From positions 124,001 to 188,000 of IMG/VR virus record IMGVR_UViG_3300037042_002125: a DNA stretch of 64,000 bases; one strand, written 5' to 3'. Every line of letters starts with the position of its first letter. Within the stretch, counting starts at the first letter, position 1. The translations under genes and the position numbers were made by a program. The notes beneath the pieces were generated by a model, which worked only from the letters and a program-made list of their open reading frames with translations, was not told the origin of the DNA and made no database searches. Below are positions 9,294-26,657 of this stretch, piece after piece.

Positions 9294-11003
9294 TTGAACT
9301 CAGGCTTTCTAATAACAGACGCAGGTTTAGCAATTGCGACTGCTGCCCTCCCTGGTGGCCCTTACATTCACATTGCAGAGTTTAGAGTAGGTTCGGCTTA
9401 CGGCTATACACCCACCCGTAGTCAAAGTGCTCTAGTTGGATCTACTTTGTATGCTAGTGCTGCTACTGCCTACACCATCATTGATATAAACATCTCTCAA
9501 GTTATGTTCATTATGCCTAACACAATAGGCTCTTGGAACTTTGGCGAGGTTGGCATATATTTGCAAGACGGAACTTTGTTTGCTATTTGTGTGTGGGATG
9601 TACCACAAGAAAAGATCAAGGCAGTTGGTTCACAGTTTGGCAATACGTGGAAGATCAAGAGTTTGCTTAAGCTGGCACAAGCGCCTGCGATTGTAGAAGT
9701 GAATTTGATCAATAGTCAAAACATTCTTGAAGTTCCCAATTGGGAGTCCTTGCTCGCACCGTCTGACCAGCCAACAAATTCAAACATAGCGATTGTTCAT
9801 GCTGATGACGAGAATGGTAAACCTGTTCTTGTTGTTCGTGATGAGGATTATGACTGGGGATTAATAGCTTACGCAAAGGTTTTTGCAGGTTCTGTTTCTG
9901 ACCCTGGAGCAAGTGCTACAGCTGACACGTTCACAAACCCAGGTATCATACCATTGTGGTTTGGTGTTCCCAATGCTACGTCACGTTACCTAGTTAAGTT
10001 TTCAAATGGGCAAATCAGAATTCTGACAAATAGGTTGTCTGATGATACCATACAGTGGGCAACTGCTCTTGGTGCCCCACCTGTTGGGGCTATCAGCATA
10101 TGGCAAGACATAAGTTTCTCAGATGCAATATACTGGGCAGATACCTACGAATACAACAAGATGATCTTGAACTTCAATCCGTATTGGGCTACTCCCAATG
10201 GAGTTTATCCAGGATCTAATCGTGGTTTCAACGAAACGGCTTTTCCTGTATTGGCAAGAAAAACTACGTCTACAGATTGGACAATCTTACTTAATGCTAT
10301 TCGTAATACTAGCAAGACGTTGGGCGTCGACCCTGCCCCAGTTACTGGTTTCAATGATTTCATCTACCACGCAGACAACGCAGAGCTAATAGGTCTTGAA
10401 ACCGTAAGGGAACGTTGGGATGCTACGGTTGCTCAAATTGTCAGCCTGTACGCTAATCGCAACGTTGTCAACTTGCTGTACCAAGCTCTTACTGCGTATG
10501 CTCCTGAAACGTATTCTTTGTATTGGGGTGGAACAAAGAATCACTACTTTGATTTTACCTACGCAGATGCTAATATGCGTCAAGGTATGCTTAATAGTGG
10601 ACATGCGTTGAACATAACGCCGTCAGTGACAAGTCCTACCTCTGCCGCTTGGGTAAAACTGCAAACAGATTTTGCATCCTTCGGTGCCATTAGTTTGACG
10701 CCAACTGGCGTAACTGCCTCAGCGTCTTGGCACCCAACCAGTATTGGCCTACAAAACTTGACTGGAACAGATCAGTTGCTAGCCTCTTTTGTTAACCAAC
10801 TGTCTTGGACAGTCTACGTGTATGGCAAGATCGTCGGTAATGCAATACGCATAACCTTCAGTATGATAAATTTAGGTGGGGCATACTACTACTACTACTA
10901 TGCGTCACCTGGTACAATAAATTTTGCATGGTCTTCTAGAAAGGCTAGCTTACTTGCTTCTCCGATTCAACCAACTCCTTTGCTAACGTACACTACGGGC
11001 TAA
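9294..11003 (+). CDS. Tail-collar/fibre attachment protein
   Basis: TTG start with AAGGAG RBS; N-terminus (ITDAG...FGEVGIY) resembles tail-collar fibre anchors and the N-termini of both fibres. Confidence 0.65.
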   Translation: MNSGFLITDAGLAIATAALPGGPYIHIAEFRVGSAYGYTPTRSQSALVGSTLYASAATAYTIIDINISQVMFIMPNTIGSWNFGEVGIYLQDGTLFAICVWDVPQEKIKAVGSQFGNTWKIKSLLKLAQAPAIVEVNLINSQNILEVPNWESLLAPSDQPTNSNIAIVHADDENGKPVLVVRDEDYDWGLIAYAKVFAGSVSDPGASATADTFTNPGIIPLWFGVPNATSRYLVKFSNGQIRILTNRLSDDTIQWATALGAPPVGAISIWQDISFSDAIYWADTYEYNKMILNFNPYWATPNGVYPGSNRGFNETAFPVLARKTTSTDWTILLNAIRNTSKTLGVDPAPVTGFNDFIYHADNAELIGLETVRERWDATVAQIVSLYANRNVVNLLYQALTAYAPETYSLYWGGTKNHYFDFTYADANMRQGMLNSGHALNITPSVTSPTSAAWVKLQTDFASFGAISLTPTGVTASASWHPTSIGLQNLTGTDQLLASFVNQLSWTVYVYGKIVGNAIRITFSMINLGGAYYYYYYASPGTINFAWSSRKASLLASPIQPTPLLTYTTG

Positions 11004-11059
11004 GATTAAATAGCCATAACCCCTTCTCAATCCACACCCACTTACTTTAGGGATACGTC

Positions 11060-18991
<7,932 letters not shown>

Positions 18992-18992
18992 A

Positions 18993-19253
18993 ATGCTCAA
19001 GACAAAATCTCAACCCCTTCCAGTAGTTACTTCTGAACAAATTGCATCTCATTACAAAGCGGCAATTGATTCTGTTAACACTATAACTGAATTAGTTGCC
19101 CTTACAGATAGAACAGAATCTGATGCATCAGCTATTGAGCGCAACAAGGCACACTTGCGGATTATGGTTGCTAAACCTTTTTGGACTACAGAAGACTTGA
19201 GTCCACTTAATGCCGCAATCTCAATTGAGGTACCTGCATCTACACTACAGTAG
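18993..19253 (+). CDS. Small protein downstream of the fibre, probable fibre assembly chaperone
   Basis: ATG 18993 directly after the fibre stop; 86 aa; function inferred from position only. Confidence 0.5.
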   Translation: MLKTKSQPLPVVTSEQIASHYKAAIDSVNTITELVALTDRTESDASAIERNKAHLRIMVAKPFWTTEDLSPLNAAISIEVPASTLQ

Positions 19254-19272
19254 GACGTAAAGTACTCGTGAC

Positions 19273-19313
19273 AACGCCGGGACCAATTAAGTTTGGTTAC
19301 CCGGCGTTTTCTT
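19273..19313. terminator. Rho-independent terminator between convergent genes
   Basis: AACGCCGGG-ACCAA...TTGGT-TA-CCCGGCGTT followed by TTCTT. Confidence 0.75.
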
Positions 19314-19325
19314 ATGCCTTATGCC

Positions 19326-20447
19326 TTACGGCTTAGCAACATCTATTTGGCTAAGAATCTCTCTTAATTTTGTGCTAGTTGAGTCTATTTCTAGACCTTG
19401 GTGCACCAACATCTCTGCTTCACTAAGGCGATCCAAATTGAAGTTAGCCTTTGCGCCTAACTCGTATGGCACAGCAGACCAAGATTCAGGCTCATTGATA
19501 TAATGAGAAGGTCTTTCCTTTATATCTAATGCCCTGTTGATTGCGAACAGCATACCCGCCCAATCACACTGTATCTCCAACACTTTTGCCAAGTGTACCC
19601 ATGGCTCACGTGCCGTAGCATCTTCAGCGCAGGCTTTGAATGCCCATTCAAGAGAGTTTATACGGTTTCCCTTGCCTACAAAACACCTACTGATGTATCT
19701 CATAGACGCAGCGCGTTCAGCTAGCCACTTTGCTCTTGGCAAACTAAGGTGACGTACCAACTCGTCTATTGCTTTATCGAATTGACCATAATACATCAAC
19801 TCACGCCCGTAGTAATGAGAATTTCGATCGTCTTCTGGTTCTTCTTCTACAGACATTTTCAGCAATGGCAAGTAAGATGACCTCGACTTGGTGCTGTCTG
19901 GAAAGTGGTGCAACTGGAACCCATGGCAATAAATTGGCTGCTCTGACTCTCCATTTAGATATGAGTTAGTGATTTCATGCACAGGTTTCACCCAACGATA
20001 ACCATCTCTTGTATGAATCTTTTCATACCAGAAGGTTGTCCCGGGTGTACCATCAGGGTTGAAGTTCCACGTGTACAGATATTTTACACGCAGATTCTTT
20101 CCAACTCCACCGATCTTCCCTCCGTTCTCAACCCAGCACTTCTCCAATGCTGCTCGCCAGCCTGGCGTCAAGATTTCATCTAGATCTGTACAGACGCATA
20201 TGTCAACGTCAGCAGACACGAGGTGCATGGATGTGTTTCGCGGCAAGTCAAACCGCCAAGGTTTGAACACACCAACTTCAACATGAACACCACGGGCCCG
20301 TAATTTATCAACAGTGTCGTCTTTGCTGCCTGTATCTAAGACAACAATTTCGTCTGCCTCGTGCATACTATCCATCCAACGATCAACGAACTGTGCCTCG
20401 TCTTTGCATATAGCGTACACTGCTATCTTAGGTCTTGCTTGCGTCAT
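19326..20447 (-). CDS. GT2-family glycosyltransferase with C-terminal TPR repeats
   Basis: KIAVYAICKDE, VLDTGSKDDT, WRFD..RN, DLDE (DxD) and VHE motifs; helical TPR-like C-terminus. Confidence 0.88.
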   Translation of the reverse strand: MTQARPKIAVYAICKDEAQFVDRWMDSMHEADEIVVLDTGSKDDTVDKLRARGVHVEVGVFKPWRFDLPRNTSMHLVSADVDICVCTDLDEILTPGWRAALEKCWVENGGKIGGVGKNLRVKYLYTWNFNPDGTPGTTFWYEKIHTRDGYRWVKPVHEITNSYLNGESEQPIYCHGFQLHHFPDSTKSRSSYLPLLKMSVEEEPEDDRNSHYYGRELMYYGQFDKAIDELVRHLSLPRAKWLAERAASMRYISRCFVGKGNRINSLEWAFKACAEDATAREPWVHLAKVLEIQCDWAGMLFAINRALDIKERPSHYINEPESWSAVPYELGAKANFNLDRLSEAEMLVHQGLEIDSTSTKLREILSQIDVAKP

Positions 20448-20578
20448 TTCTTTGCCTCACATTTGTGTTTCAATAAAGGGATACGAAGGACTGTGAACAG
20501 CCAGCCTAAGTACCCTACATTTTCTTGGCAACCACTACAGATGTACCGAGTGGTTGTTACTACTCGTAAAGGTTCCAT
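20444..20578 (-). CDS. 44-aa putative Zn-binding protein (not in ORF track)
   Basis: Manual translation MEPLRVVTTTRYICSGCQENVGYLGWLFTVLRIPLLKHKCEAKK; CxxC...HxC; its stop overlaps the GT2 start (ATGA). Confidence 0.6.
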   Translation of the reverse strand: MEPLRVVTTTRYICSGCQENVGYLGWLFTVLRIPLLKHKCEAKK

Positions 20579-20582
20579 TGTC

Positions 20583-20792
20583 CTACTCTCTTATCTCAAG
20601 TAGACGCCTAAATTCTGCCGCTTTATGTCTCATACCATACTCGTAGGCAGTGTTCATCAAGTGTGCAACTTTCCACGCAGGGATAGGCATATCTTCTTTT
20701 GGAACAGACACTGTGCGACACCCGCCTGTGTCATCGTGTTCGCAAATAACTTGGCCCTCTGCTTCTAACCATAGAAATTTAGGGTGGCTCAT
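20583..20792 (-). CDS. Hypothetical protein (69 aa)
   Basis: Fills the gap in the operon with an ATGA overlap. Confidence 0.6.
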   Translation of the reverse strand: MSHPKFLWLEAEGQVICEHDDTGGCRTVSVPKEDMPIPAWKVAHLMNTAYEYGMRHKAAEFRRLLEIRE

Positions 20793-22387
20793 ATTGATTT
20801 ATCTCTCAATTCTTCGTACAGTGCGTCGAAACCAGGGCCCCAGCACCATGGGTTATTGTCATAACCGCTGCTCTGAGTAGTACATTGTTTTGCCTTTTCA
20901 ATCGCGTAGGTTGCTTGGTTTGCAGGACCAACCTCTTTGAAAAAGAGTGCCAGTGTTACCCACCGTTCCCTAGATGAAGGTGCTAAGGAGCACGCCTTTC
21001 GGTAGTGCATCTGAGCTTCCATTATATCAATCGGTTTCCAATACCCACCGAGAATTAGATGAATGTACGACGTGTCGCAGCCTGGGATGTCTATGGCACT
21101 TGCAAGAGCCTCAATTCCATCCATACGGCGACCTGCTTTGACCAACTCATCAGCGTAGAAGAACCACGACTTCCAGACTTTAGGATCTTCCTTTAGTGAT
21201 TGTTCAAGCAGTGGTAAGTACGTGTGCTTACCTTCCTTCATATCGGGTTTTTGTGTCATCAGGAAACCACCAAGCCATGCCCATTGCTCTGCATGATCTG
21301 TGCCTGTGTAGACTAGAATCTCATGCACAGGCAGCTTCCATCTCCAGTTGTGGCGAGTGTGGATTCGTTCATGCCAATGAGAAGATTTGTTGGTACTTTC
21401 TGCATCACTGGCAATGGTACGCCAGTCCCATATGGTCTGGAAACGACAGTTGTATTTGTCGTACAGACGACCTCTAGTCCTGTAGTGCATCTGAATCTCA
21501 CCGTACAGAATGTCGTACCACCCATCTTGGAGGTATTCATCTAGATCAAGAGAGATACAGAGATCAACATCTTGAGGCACAAGCATCAACGCATTGTTAC
21601 GAGCGTCATCGAAGCGCCACGGTGCAACGTGTGTCTGGTAGACGTTAGTTACCCCGCCTTTTAGAAGTATTTCTTTAGTTGCGTCCTTACTTCCCGTATC
21701 GCAGATCACACTGTGATCAGCGTACACCACAGATGCGGCAAAACGAGCGGCAAACTGTTCTTCGTTCTTGCATATACCATAGACAGCAATCTTTGGGCGA
21801 AGCAGATTCAGAAGTTCTCTTTGGTATATGTCTGACGCCATGAAGTAAACCCCTATCTCATTCTCAATCCCGTACTCCACAATGAGATTTCCAAAGGTAG
21901 ATATAACTTCTTCGTGTGTCCAATCATCTTTGACGTGCTTCTCGAATGGGTTTCCATCATATTCATCTTGTGGGTAGTGACCAAGGGGGATGCTCATAAC
22001 AAGATACTTACAAGAGTCACTCAGAGTATTAAGAAGATAGACTGCCTTTTCTTTTTCCATGTGCTCTGCGACGTCGCCAACAAAACAGATATCAATCTTT
22101 TGTGGCGTGTAGATGCCAATGAAATCTCTAGCAACCAGTACAGCATCTTTTTCGTACAGTTTGTCATATTTATCTGGTAGACTATATTTTTCGATGTAAG
22201 GTCTCCAAATTTCTATTCCAATCCACTCTGTTCGAGGTTTAGGCAGCAGCCCTTTTCCGTACCTGTCGTAATAGGTACCGCTACCAACACCTACGTCTAA
22301 GACACGAAGATTGTTGTTGTGAGCGCCAGCAATCCGCTGAACTGCTCTGTCAATGAGATGTTTTCCTGAGTTTGAACTAAATGGCAT
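20789..22387 (-). CDS. Fusion: class I SAM methyltransferase + GT2 glycosyltransferase + TPR
   Basis: VLDVGVGSG motif I and GDVAEH; then KIAVYGICKNE, DTGSKD, WRFDDARN, DLDE and VHE motifs. Confidence 0.85.
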   Translation of the reverse strand: MPFSSNSGKHLIDRAVQRIAGAHNNNLRVLDVGVGSGTYYDRYGKGLLPKPRTEWIGIEIWRPYIEKYSLPDKYDKLYEKDAVLVARDFIGIYTPQKIDICFVGDVAEHMEKEKAVYLLNTLSDSCKYLVMSIPLGHYPQDEYDGNPFEKHVKDDWTHEEVISTFGNLIVEYGIENEIGVYFMASDIYQRELLNLLRPKIAVYGICKNEEQFAARFAASVVYADHSVICDTGSKDATKEILLKGGVTNVYQTHVAPWRFDDARNNALMLVPQDVDLCISLDLDEYLQDGWYDILYGEIQMHYRTRGRLYDKYNCRFQTIWDWRTIASDAESTNKSSHWHERIHTRHNWRWKLPVHEILVYTGTDHAEQWAWLGGFLMTQKPDMKEGKHTYLPLLEQSLKEDPKVWKSWFFYADELVKAGRRMDGIEALASAIDIPGCDTSYIHLILGGYWKPIDIMEAQMHYRKACSLAPSSRERWVTLALFFKEVGPANQATYAIEKAKQCTTQSSGYDNNPWCWGPGFDALYEELRDKSI

Positions 22388-22407
22388 GAGGTTGTCCTTT
22401 CATAGTT

Positions 22408-22415
22408 TATTTACA
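22408..22415 (-). promoter_or_regulatory. TGTAAATA motif (putative phage promoter)
   Basis: About 20 nt upstream of the MTase-GT start, in the sense orientation. Confidence 0.6.
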
Positions 22416-22428
22416 ATGTGGCATAGGC

Positions 22429-22442
22429 TAATTTAATTTAAT
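22429..22442 (+). promoter_or_regulatory. Two overlapping TAATTTAAT motifs
   Basis: TAATTTAATTTAAT upstream of the PKD remnant and endolysin. Confidence 0.5.
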
Positions 22443-22469
22443 TTATAATTATAAGTACAGATTTAATAA

Positions 22470-22640
22470 CCTAGTTCTGTAGGCGTAGTGTCAACTTGGA
22501 GTTGGGATTTTGGTGATTTGACTACGTCTACTCTTCAGAATCCAAGTCATACCTATAGTACCCCAGGAGTCTATTCTGTATATCTATTCCATGGTACTGG
22601 GTCAACCTTGTTCAAACCTCTTTTGATTACAGTGACTTAA
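22470..22640 (+). pseudogene. PKD (Ig-like) domain remnant with no clear start codon
   Basis: Manual translation [39 protein letters not shown]...TVT*; in-frame TAA TAA at 22464-22469 immediately upstream. Confidence 0.75.
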
Positions 22641-22666
22641 CCAAACAACCTTAGAGAGAAATAAAA

Positions 22667-23293
22667 ATGACCTCCTTTAATCTGATACCAAAATTGACGC
22701 TTGACCACGAAGACTTCGAAGCTTGCGCCAAGCTTTTGGGTTGTTCAGTAGACGCGGTTAAGGCAGTATCTCTTGTTGAGACAAACGGCGGCGGTTTCAA
22801 TCCAGATGGGTATCCTAAAACATTGTTCGAAGGTCACTACTTCTCTCGTTTGACTGATCACAGGTTCGACAAAGAATATCCAACTATTTCCTACCCCAAG
22901 TGGACAAAACAATTCTATTGCAAGAATTGGAAGGACGAACATGCAAGGTTGGTACTTGCCTCGACGTTAGATCAGGAGGCTGCTCTTAGGTCTGCGTCTT
23001 GGGGCATGTTCCAAATCATGGGTGACAATTACAAACTTTGCGGATTCTATGACGTAGTTCAGTTTGTAAATGCTATGTGTGAGGGGGCATCCCATCACTT
23101 AGAAGCTTTTACACACTACGTCATAAACCGACACCTCAACGACGAGCTACAAAATCTTGAGTGGGCAGACTTTGCACGTCAGTACAACGGACCAGGACAA
23201 GTAGCTGTATATAGCAAGCTTTTAAGTGATGCCTATGAGAAAATAGTACATGCGCCTGGCGCAGATCAGGAGGATGCCAAGAACGAAACTTAG
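22667..23293 (+). CDS. Endolysin, N-acetylmuramidase (DUF3380-like), catalytic domain only
   Basis: AV..VE..G.GF, LFEGHYF, SASWGMFQIMG.NY and FARQYNGP motifs. Confidence 0.88.
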   Translation: MTSFNLIPKLTLDHEDFEACAKLLGCSVDAVKAVSLVETNGGGFNPDGYPKTLFEGHYFSRLTDHRFDKEYPTISYPKWTKQFYCKNWKDEHARLVLASTLDQEAALRSASWGMFQIMGDNYKLCGFYDVVQFVNAMCEGASHHLEAFTHYVINRHLNDELQNLEWADFARQYNGPGQVAVYSKLLSDAYEKIVHAPGADQEDAKNET

Positions 23294-23302
23294 GATATTA
23301 CC

Positions 23303-23653
23303 ATGTCAAATCAAGATCAAAATCAAAAACCACCCCAGCAAGATCCATCATACACCTTCGCAAGAATTGCGTATGACCAGAATTGTATCTTTGTATTCAA
23401 TCGCAAATGCTTAAAGGCTAGTTCCGAAAATCTTTACGGTCTGACCTTAGGGTTTGCCTATGATTCCAAGGGCTACCCAATCTGCACAGCTGGCATTGAC
23501 ATACGAGAATTGCATAGACAAATGACGCAAGTTCTATTCGATGCACGTACTATTTATTTTTCAACAATTGACTCAATAGATCAGCGGTTAAAAACTCAAA
23601 TAGCTGACGCTGTCATAGCCTTCGATGCACAGGCAGCTGAACATGTCGAGTAG
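23303..23653 (+). CDS. Hypothetical protein
   Basis: 116-aa ORF with AGGA RBS. Confidence 0.6.
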   Translation: MSNQDQNQKPPQQDPSYTFARIAYDQNCIFVFNRKCLKASSENLYGLTLGFAYDSKGYPICTAGIDIRELHRQMTQVLFDARTIYFSTIDSIDQRLKTQIADAVIAFDAQAAEHVE

Positions 23654-24437
23654 CAAAGGCGTTCTACTCTTCTCCTTCAACAATGAGGCAATGCGGTATG
23701 ACTTGATGGCCCTAGAATGTGCTAGGCGTGTAACACTACAGCTAAACTTACCAGTTGTAGTTGTTACTGATGCACCCATCAAAGGTCTTGACTGTATATT
23801 AGTTGAAGCACCTGCAAAAAACTCTAGGTACTACCCAGATGCCAAAGCAAACCTTAGCTTCCTAAACGGGGCTAGGGTTAACGCCTATGACCTATCCCCT
23901 TTTGATGAGACACTTGTAATTGACACTGACTATCTTCTACAGACGCCTACTCTTCTAAAAGGGTTTGACTACCCTGGATTGAAACTGACTAAGAGAGCCG
24001 TAAACGTAGGTCTAAAGACAATGACGGATGATATGCGTATCATAGGATCATCTGGCATAGAGATGTATTGGGCTACAGTGTTGTACTTTGATCGTTCAGA
24101 TCTATCAAAACTATTCTTCCAATATTGGCGTAAGGTACTAGACAACTGGCAATTTTATGTATCTTATTTTGGCCTTCCAAATGGGTTGGTTCGTAATGAT
24201 TTTGCAGCCACATTGGCTCTCTATAAAATCTATGGGAAACTAGGAATCCCTAACGACATTGATACAGGGTTAGGCTTAACTTTGTGTACGCTACCTATGG
24301 ATTGGGTCATAACGTCTATTGATCCCATTGCGGTAAAAAGTCATACAGGTACAGTAGCACAATTAGAAAATATTGATGTTCATGTACTTAACAAGAAGTC
24401 TCTATTAGGATTGCTTTCAAATGAATACCAACAATAA
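23643..24437 (+). CDS. GT-A fold nucleotide-diphospho-sugar transferase-like protein
   Basis: GVLLFSFN, AYDLSPFDETLVIDTDY (DxD), MYWATVLYF and RNDFA motifs. Confidence 0.65.
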   Translation: MSSSKGVLLFSFNNEAMRYDLMALECARRVTLQLNLPVVVVTDAPIKGLDCILVEAPAKNSRYYPDAKANLSFLNGARVNAYDLSPFDETLVIDTDYLLQTPTLLKGFDYPGLKLTKRAVNVGLKTMTDDMRIIGSSGIEMYWATVLYFDRSDLSKLFFQYWRKVLDNWQFYVSYFGLPNGLVRNDFAATLALYKIYGKLGIPNDIDTGLGLTLCTLPMDWVITSIDPIAVKSHTGTVAQLENIDVHVLNKKSLLGLLSNEYQQ

Positions 24438-25212
24438 TCTCACTAGAGGAGTGTTGACGTTTGCCTACGGGTATGAATATCAACGCATGGCATACGCACA
24501 AGCTTTGACTTTAGCTGATCTAGATACGCCACTTACTGTGGTTGTCCCATACTTAGAGTACCCAAAACTTGCCGAAGTGGCGGTAGTTATAGAGTTCAAA
24601 GAACCTATGGCTAAATTTGAGTGGGAAGCCTACGCTTACGATTTGTCACCGTATGACGTAACCATAAAGACAGACTGCGATGTAATTTTCCCTTTAGGAT
24701 TTGATATCCAACACTACTTCGACCAAGTAGAAAAGATTGGTCTAGTATCTGGACAATCTTGTGACTTAGAGTCTGAGGCTGTTGATTGTTCTTGGTACAG
24801 GAAGAAAGAACTTGAGTTAGGTTGGCCTAGTTTTTACGTTGCAATATATGGGTTCACAAAAGACAGAAGCTTGTCTTTCTTCGAGTATGCAAAGAACCTG
24901 TTTATAATCTGGTGGAAACTCAAACCTATATTAGGTTCCCTTCCTCCAACAACAGACTCTGTGTTCAGCTTAGCTTACAGAGACATAGTTGGCACAAACC
25001 AAATTGAAAACGGGCTAAACTTCATTCACGCCAAACAAGGCGTATGTGGAGATATGTTTTTAGACAACTGGTCCGCTAGTGTTCCTCATCACATTAGTCA
25101 AGAAGGTACATTGTATGTCAATGGGCATAAAGTTTTCTTGCCCTTTCATTACGTTGATAAAGACTTCCTATCAAAAACAATTATGAGTGGCATAAGAAAT
25201 GTTCTACGTTAA
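24421..25212 (+). CDS. Second GT-A fold transferase-like paralogue
   Basis: GVLTFAY, AYDLSPYDVTIKTDCD (DxD), TDSVFSLA and FHY..K motifs; aligns with the preceding gene. Confidence 0.62.
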   Translation: MNTNNNLTRGVLTFAYGYEYQRMAYAQALTLADLDTPLTVVVPYLEYPKLAEVAVVIEFKEPMAKFEWEAYAYDLSPYDVTIKTDCDVIFPLGFDIQHYFDQVEKIGLVSGQSCDLESEAVDCSWYRKKELELGWPSFYVAIYGFTKDRSLSFFEYAKNLFIIWWKLKPILGSLPPTTDSVFSLAYRDIVGTNQIENGLNFIHAKQGVCGDMFLDNWSASVPHHISQEGTLYVNGHKVFLPFHYVDKDFLSKTIMSGIRNVLR

Positions 25213-25699
25213 TTACCACCCTCGCTCTGGGTTAATCTTAAGTGTTAGCCAATGCAAAGAACAGGATGCTCTTGAGATCACACAAGAAGAGTACCTAGAT
25301 TTTATGACTAACCCAGGAGCCATTACGAGCTATTGGGTGTTAGTAGACCAAACTACCGGTCAGGTTACTCTTGTTAAGCAAGTGCAAAATAACTTTTCAC
25401 CAAACCCAAGTATCTTTTTGAAACAGAGTACTACTCTACATGAGGACTTTGTGTTCTATGCTGACATAGATTCCGGTGAGATTACTTTGAAGGTCAAAAA
25501 TCCTTTGGATGTAAACAGAACAGATATTCGCATCCATGGAATGCTTAATGGTGATATATGGCAGGAGGTTCAGACAGTGGTGTTTAAACCAGGTGTCTTC
25601 ACATCTACTACAAAGGGAGAATACTCTCTGGAAAGCTATATGTGGTATGTTGAGAGACCGCTTTTGGACAAGACTTATGGAATCACCTATACAAAGTAA
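25199..25699 (+). CDS. Hypothetical protein co-transcribed with the GT-A pair
   Basis: Overlapping start; 166 aa. Confidence 0.6.
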   Translation: MFYVNYHPRSGLILSVSQCKEQDALEITQEEYLDFMTNPGAITSYWVLVDQTTGQVTLVKQVQNNFSPNPSIFLKQSTTLHEDFVFYADIDSGEITLKVKNPLDVNRTDIRIHGMLNGDIWQEVQTVVFKPGVFTSTTKGEYSLESYMWYVERPLLDKTYGITYTK

Positions 25700-25705
25700 T
25701 TTGAT
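25697..25705 (+). promoter_or_regulatory. TAATTTGAT motif upstream of the prohead protease
   Basis: Overlaps the upstream stop codon. Confidence 0.5.
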
Positions 25706-25742
25706 ATAACGTGCCTAGGAGCACAATTGATAAGGTTAGATC

Positions 25743-26540
25743 ATGCAAACATTCAACAGCGATAAAACCAAAAGAGCCGTCTATGCTTTCGCAGAACAAA
25801 GTCTGTCTCCAATTGACGTCTACAAAGAGTCAAAACGCTCTGGGGTTCTTACGTTGGCGGGTCCAGCAGCCGCACCAGCAATTGTCTTAGACAACGGGGA
25901 TGTGAGAGACCAGGGAATTAGCGAAGGCGTCCCAATGGACTTTGCTCAGTGGCTGCCCTACTGCGCTCCGGTTTACCAAGTTAGCTCTGATCCTCGGGAC
26001 TACGTGATGGTACCAGTGATCATCATGCCGTCTGATTTGCCGAATCGCAATGGCGTTGCGTTTCCCCTTCGTGAGCTGATAAAGTTCAACCCTGAGTTAG
26101 GGCAGCAAGCCTACAAAACTTGGAAGGGCAAGCCTACGCATTTGGATCATAAGAACGAAGATATCACAAAGGCGTACGGTGTGATCGCCGATACGACTTT
26201 GCGGAAGCTCGTGGGGTTTAACGAAGGTCGTTTGTGGAAGGTCTTGTCCTTCTTGGCCTTCGATAGGAGCAAACATGCTGACGTATGCCAGCGCATCTTA
26301 GATGGTGACATAAACAGTTACTCGATGGGTGCCTGGATTGCCCAGTACACCTGTTCATATTGTGACGCAGAACTTGGCAAGTGCGATCATTTGGCTAAGA
26401 ACAAGCCTGGTGAGATGTACCAGAAGGACAACCGCTTAGTGTTCCGCAACTGTGCTGGCATCGAAGGTTTTGAGACCTCCGCTGTTGAAACGCCTGCATA
26501 CATCAGCGCCATTTCCGACGAAGTGTCTGAACTCGCCTGA
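25743..26540 (+). CDS. Prohead (capsid maturation) serine protease
   Basis: NRNGVAFP, GKPTHLDH and SYSMG catalytic-type motifs; CSYC...CDH segment. Confidence 0.7.
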   Translation: MQTFNSDKTKRAVYAFAEQSLSPIDVYKESKRSGVLTLAGPAAAPAIVLDNGDVRDQGISEGVPMDFAQWLPYCAPVYQVSSDPRDYVMVPVIIMPSDLPNRNGVAFPLRELIKFNPELGQQAYKTWKGKPTHLDHKNEDITKAYGVIADTTLRKLVGFNEGRLWKVLSFLAFDRSKHADVCQRILDGDINSYSMGAWIAQYTCSYCDAELGKCDHLAKNKPGEMYQKDNRLVFRNCAGIEGFETSAVETPAYISAISDEVSELA

Positions 26541-26657
26541 AGGTAGATCACATCATGCCAATCAAACCCCTTCAAGTAATCCCCCAAAAATATTCTTCGT
26601 GAGTACCCTAAGGGAAAGCTGTGGCCCACTAAAGGGAAACGGTCAAAGAAGGGGATT

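Noticed and set aside
19311-19330. TTATGCC short tandem repeat
   Set aside because: Only about 2.5 copies beside a terminator; no evident function.
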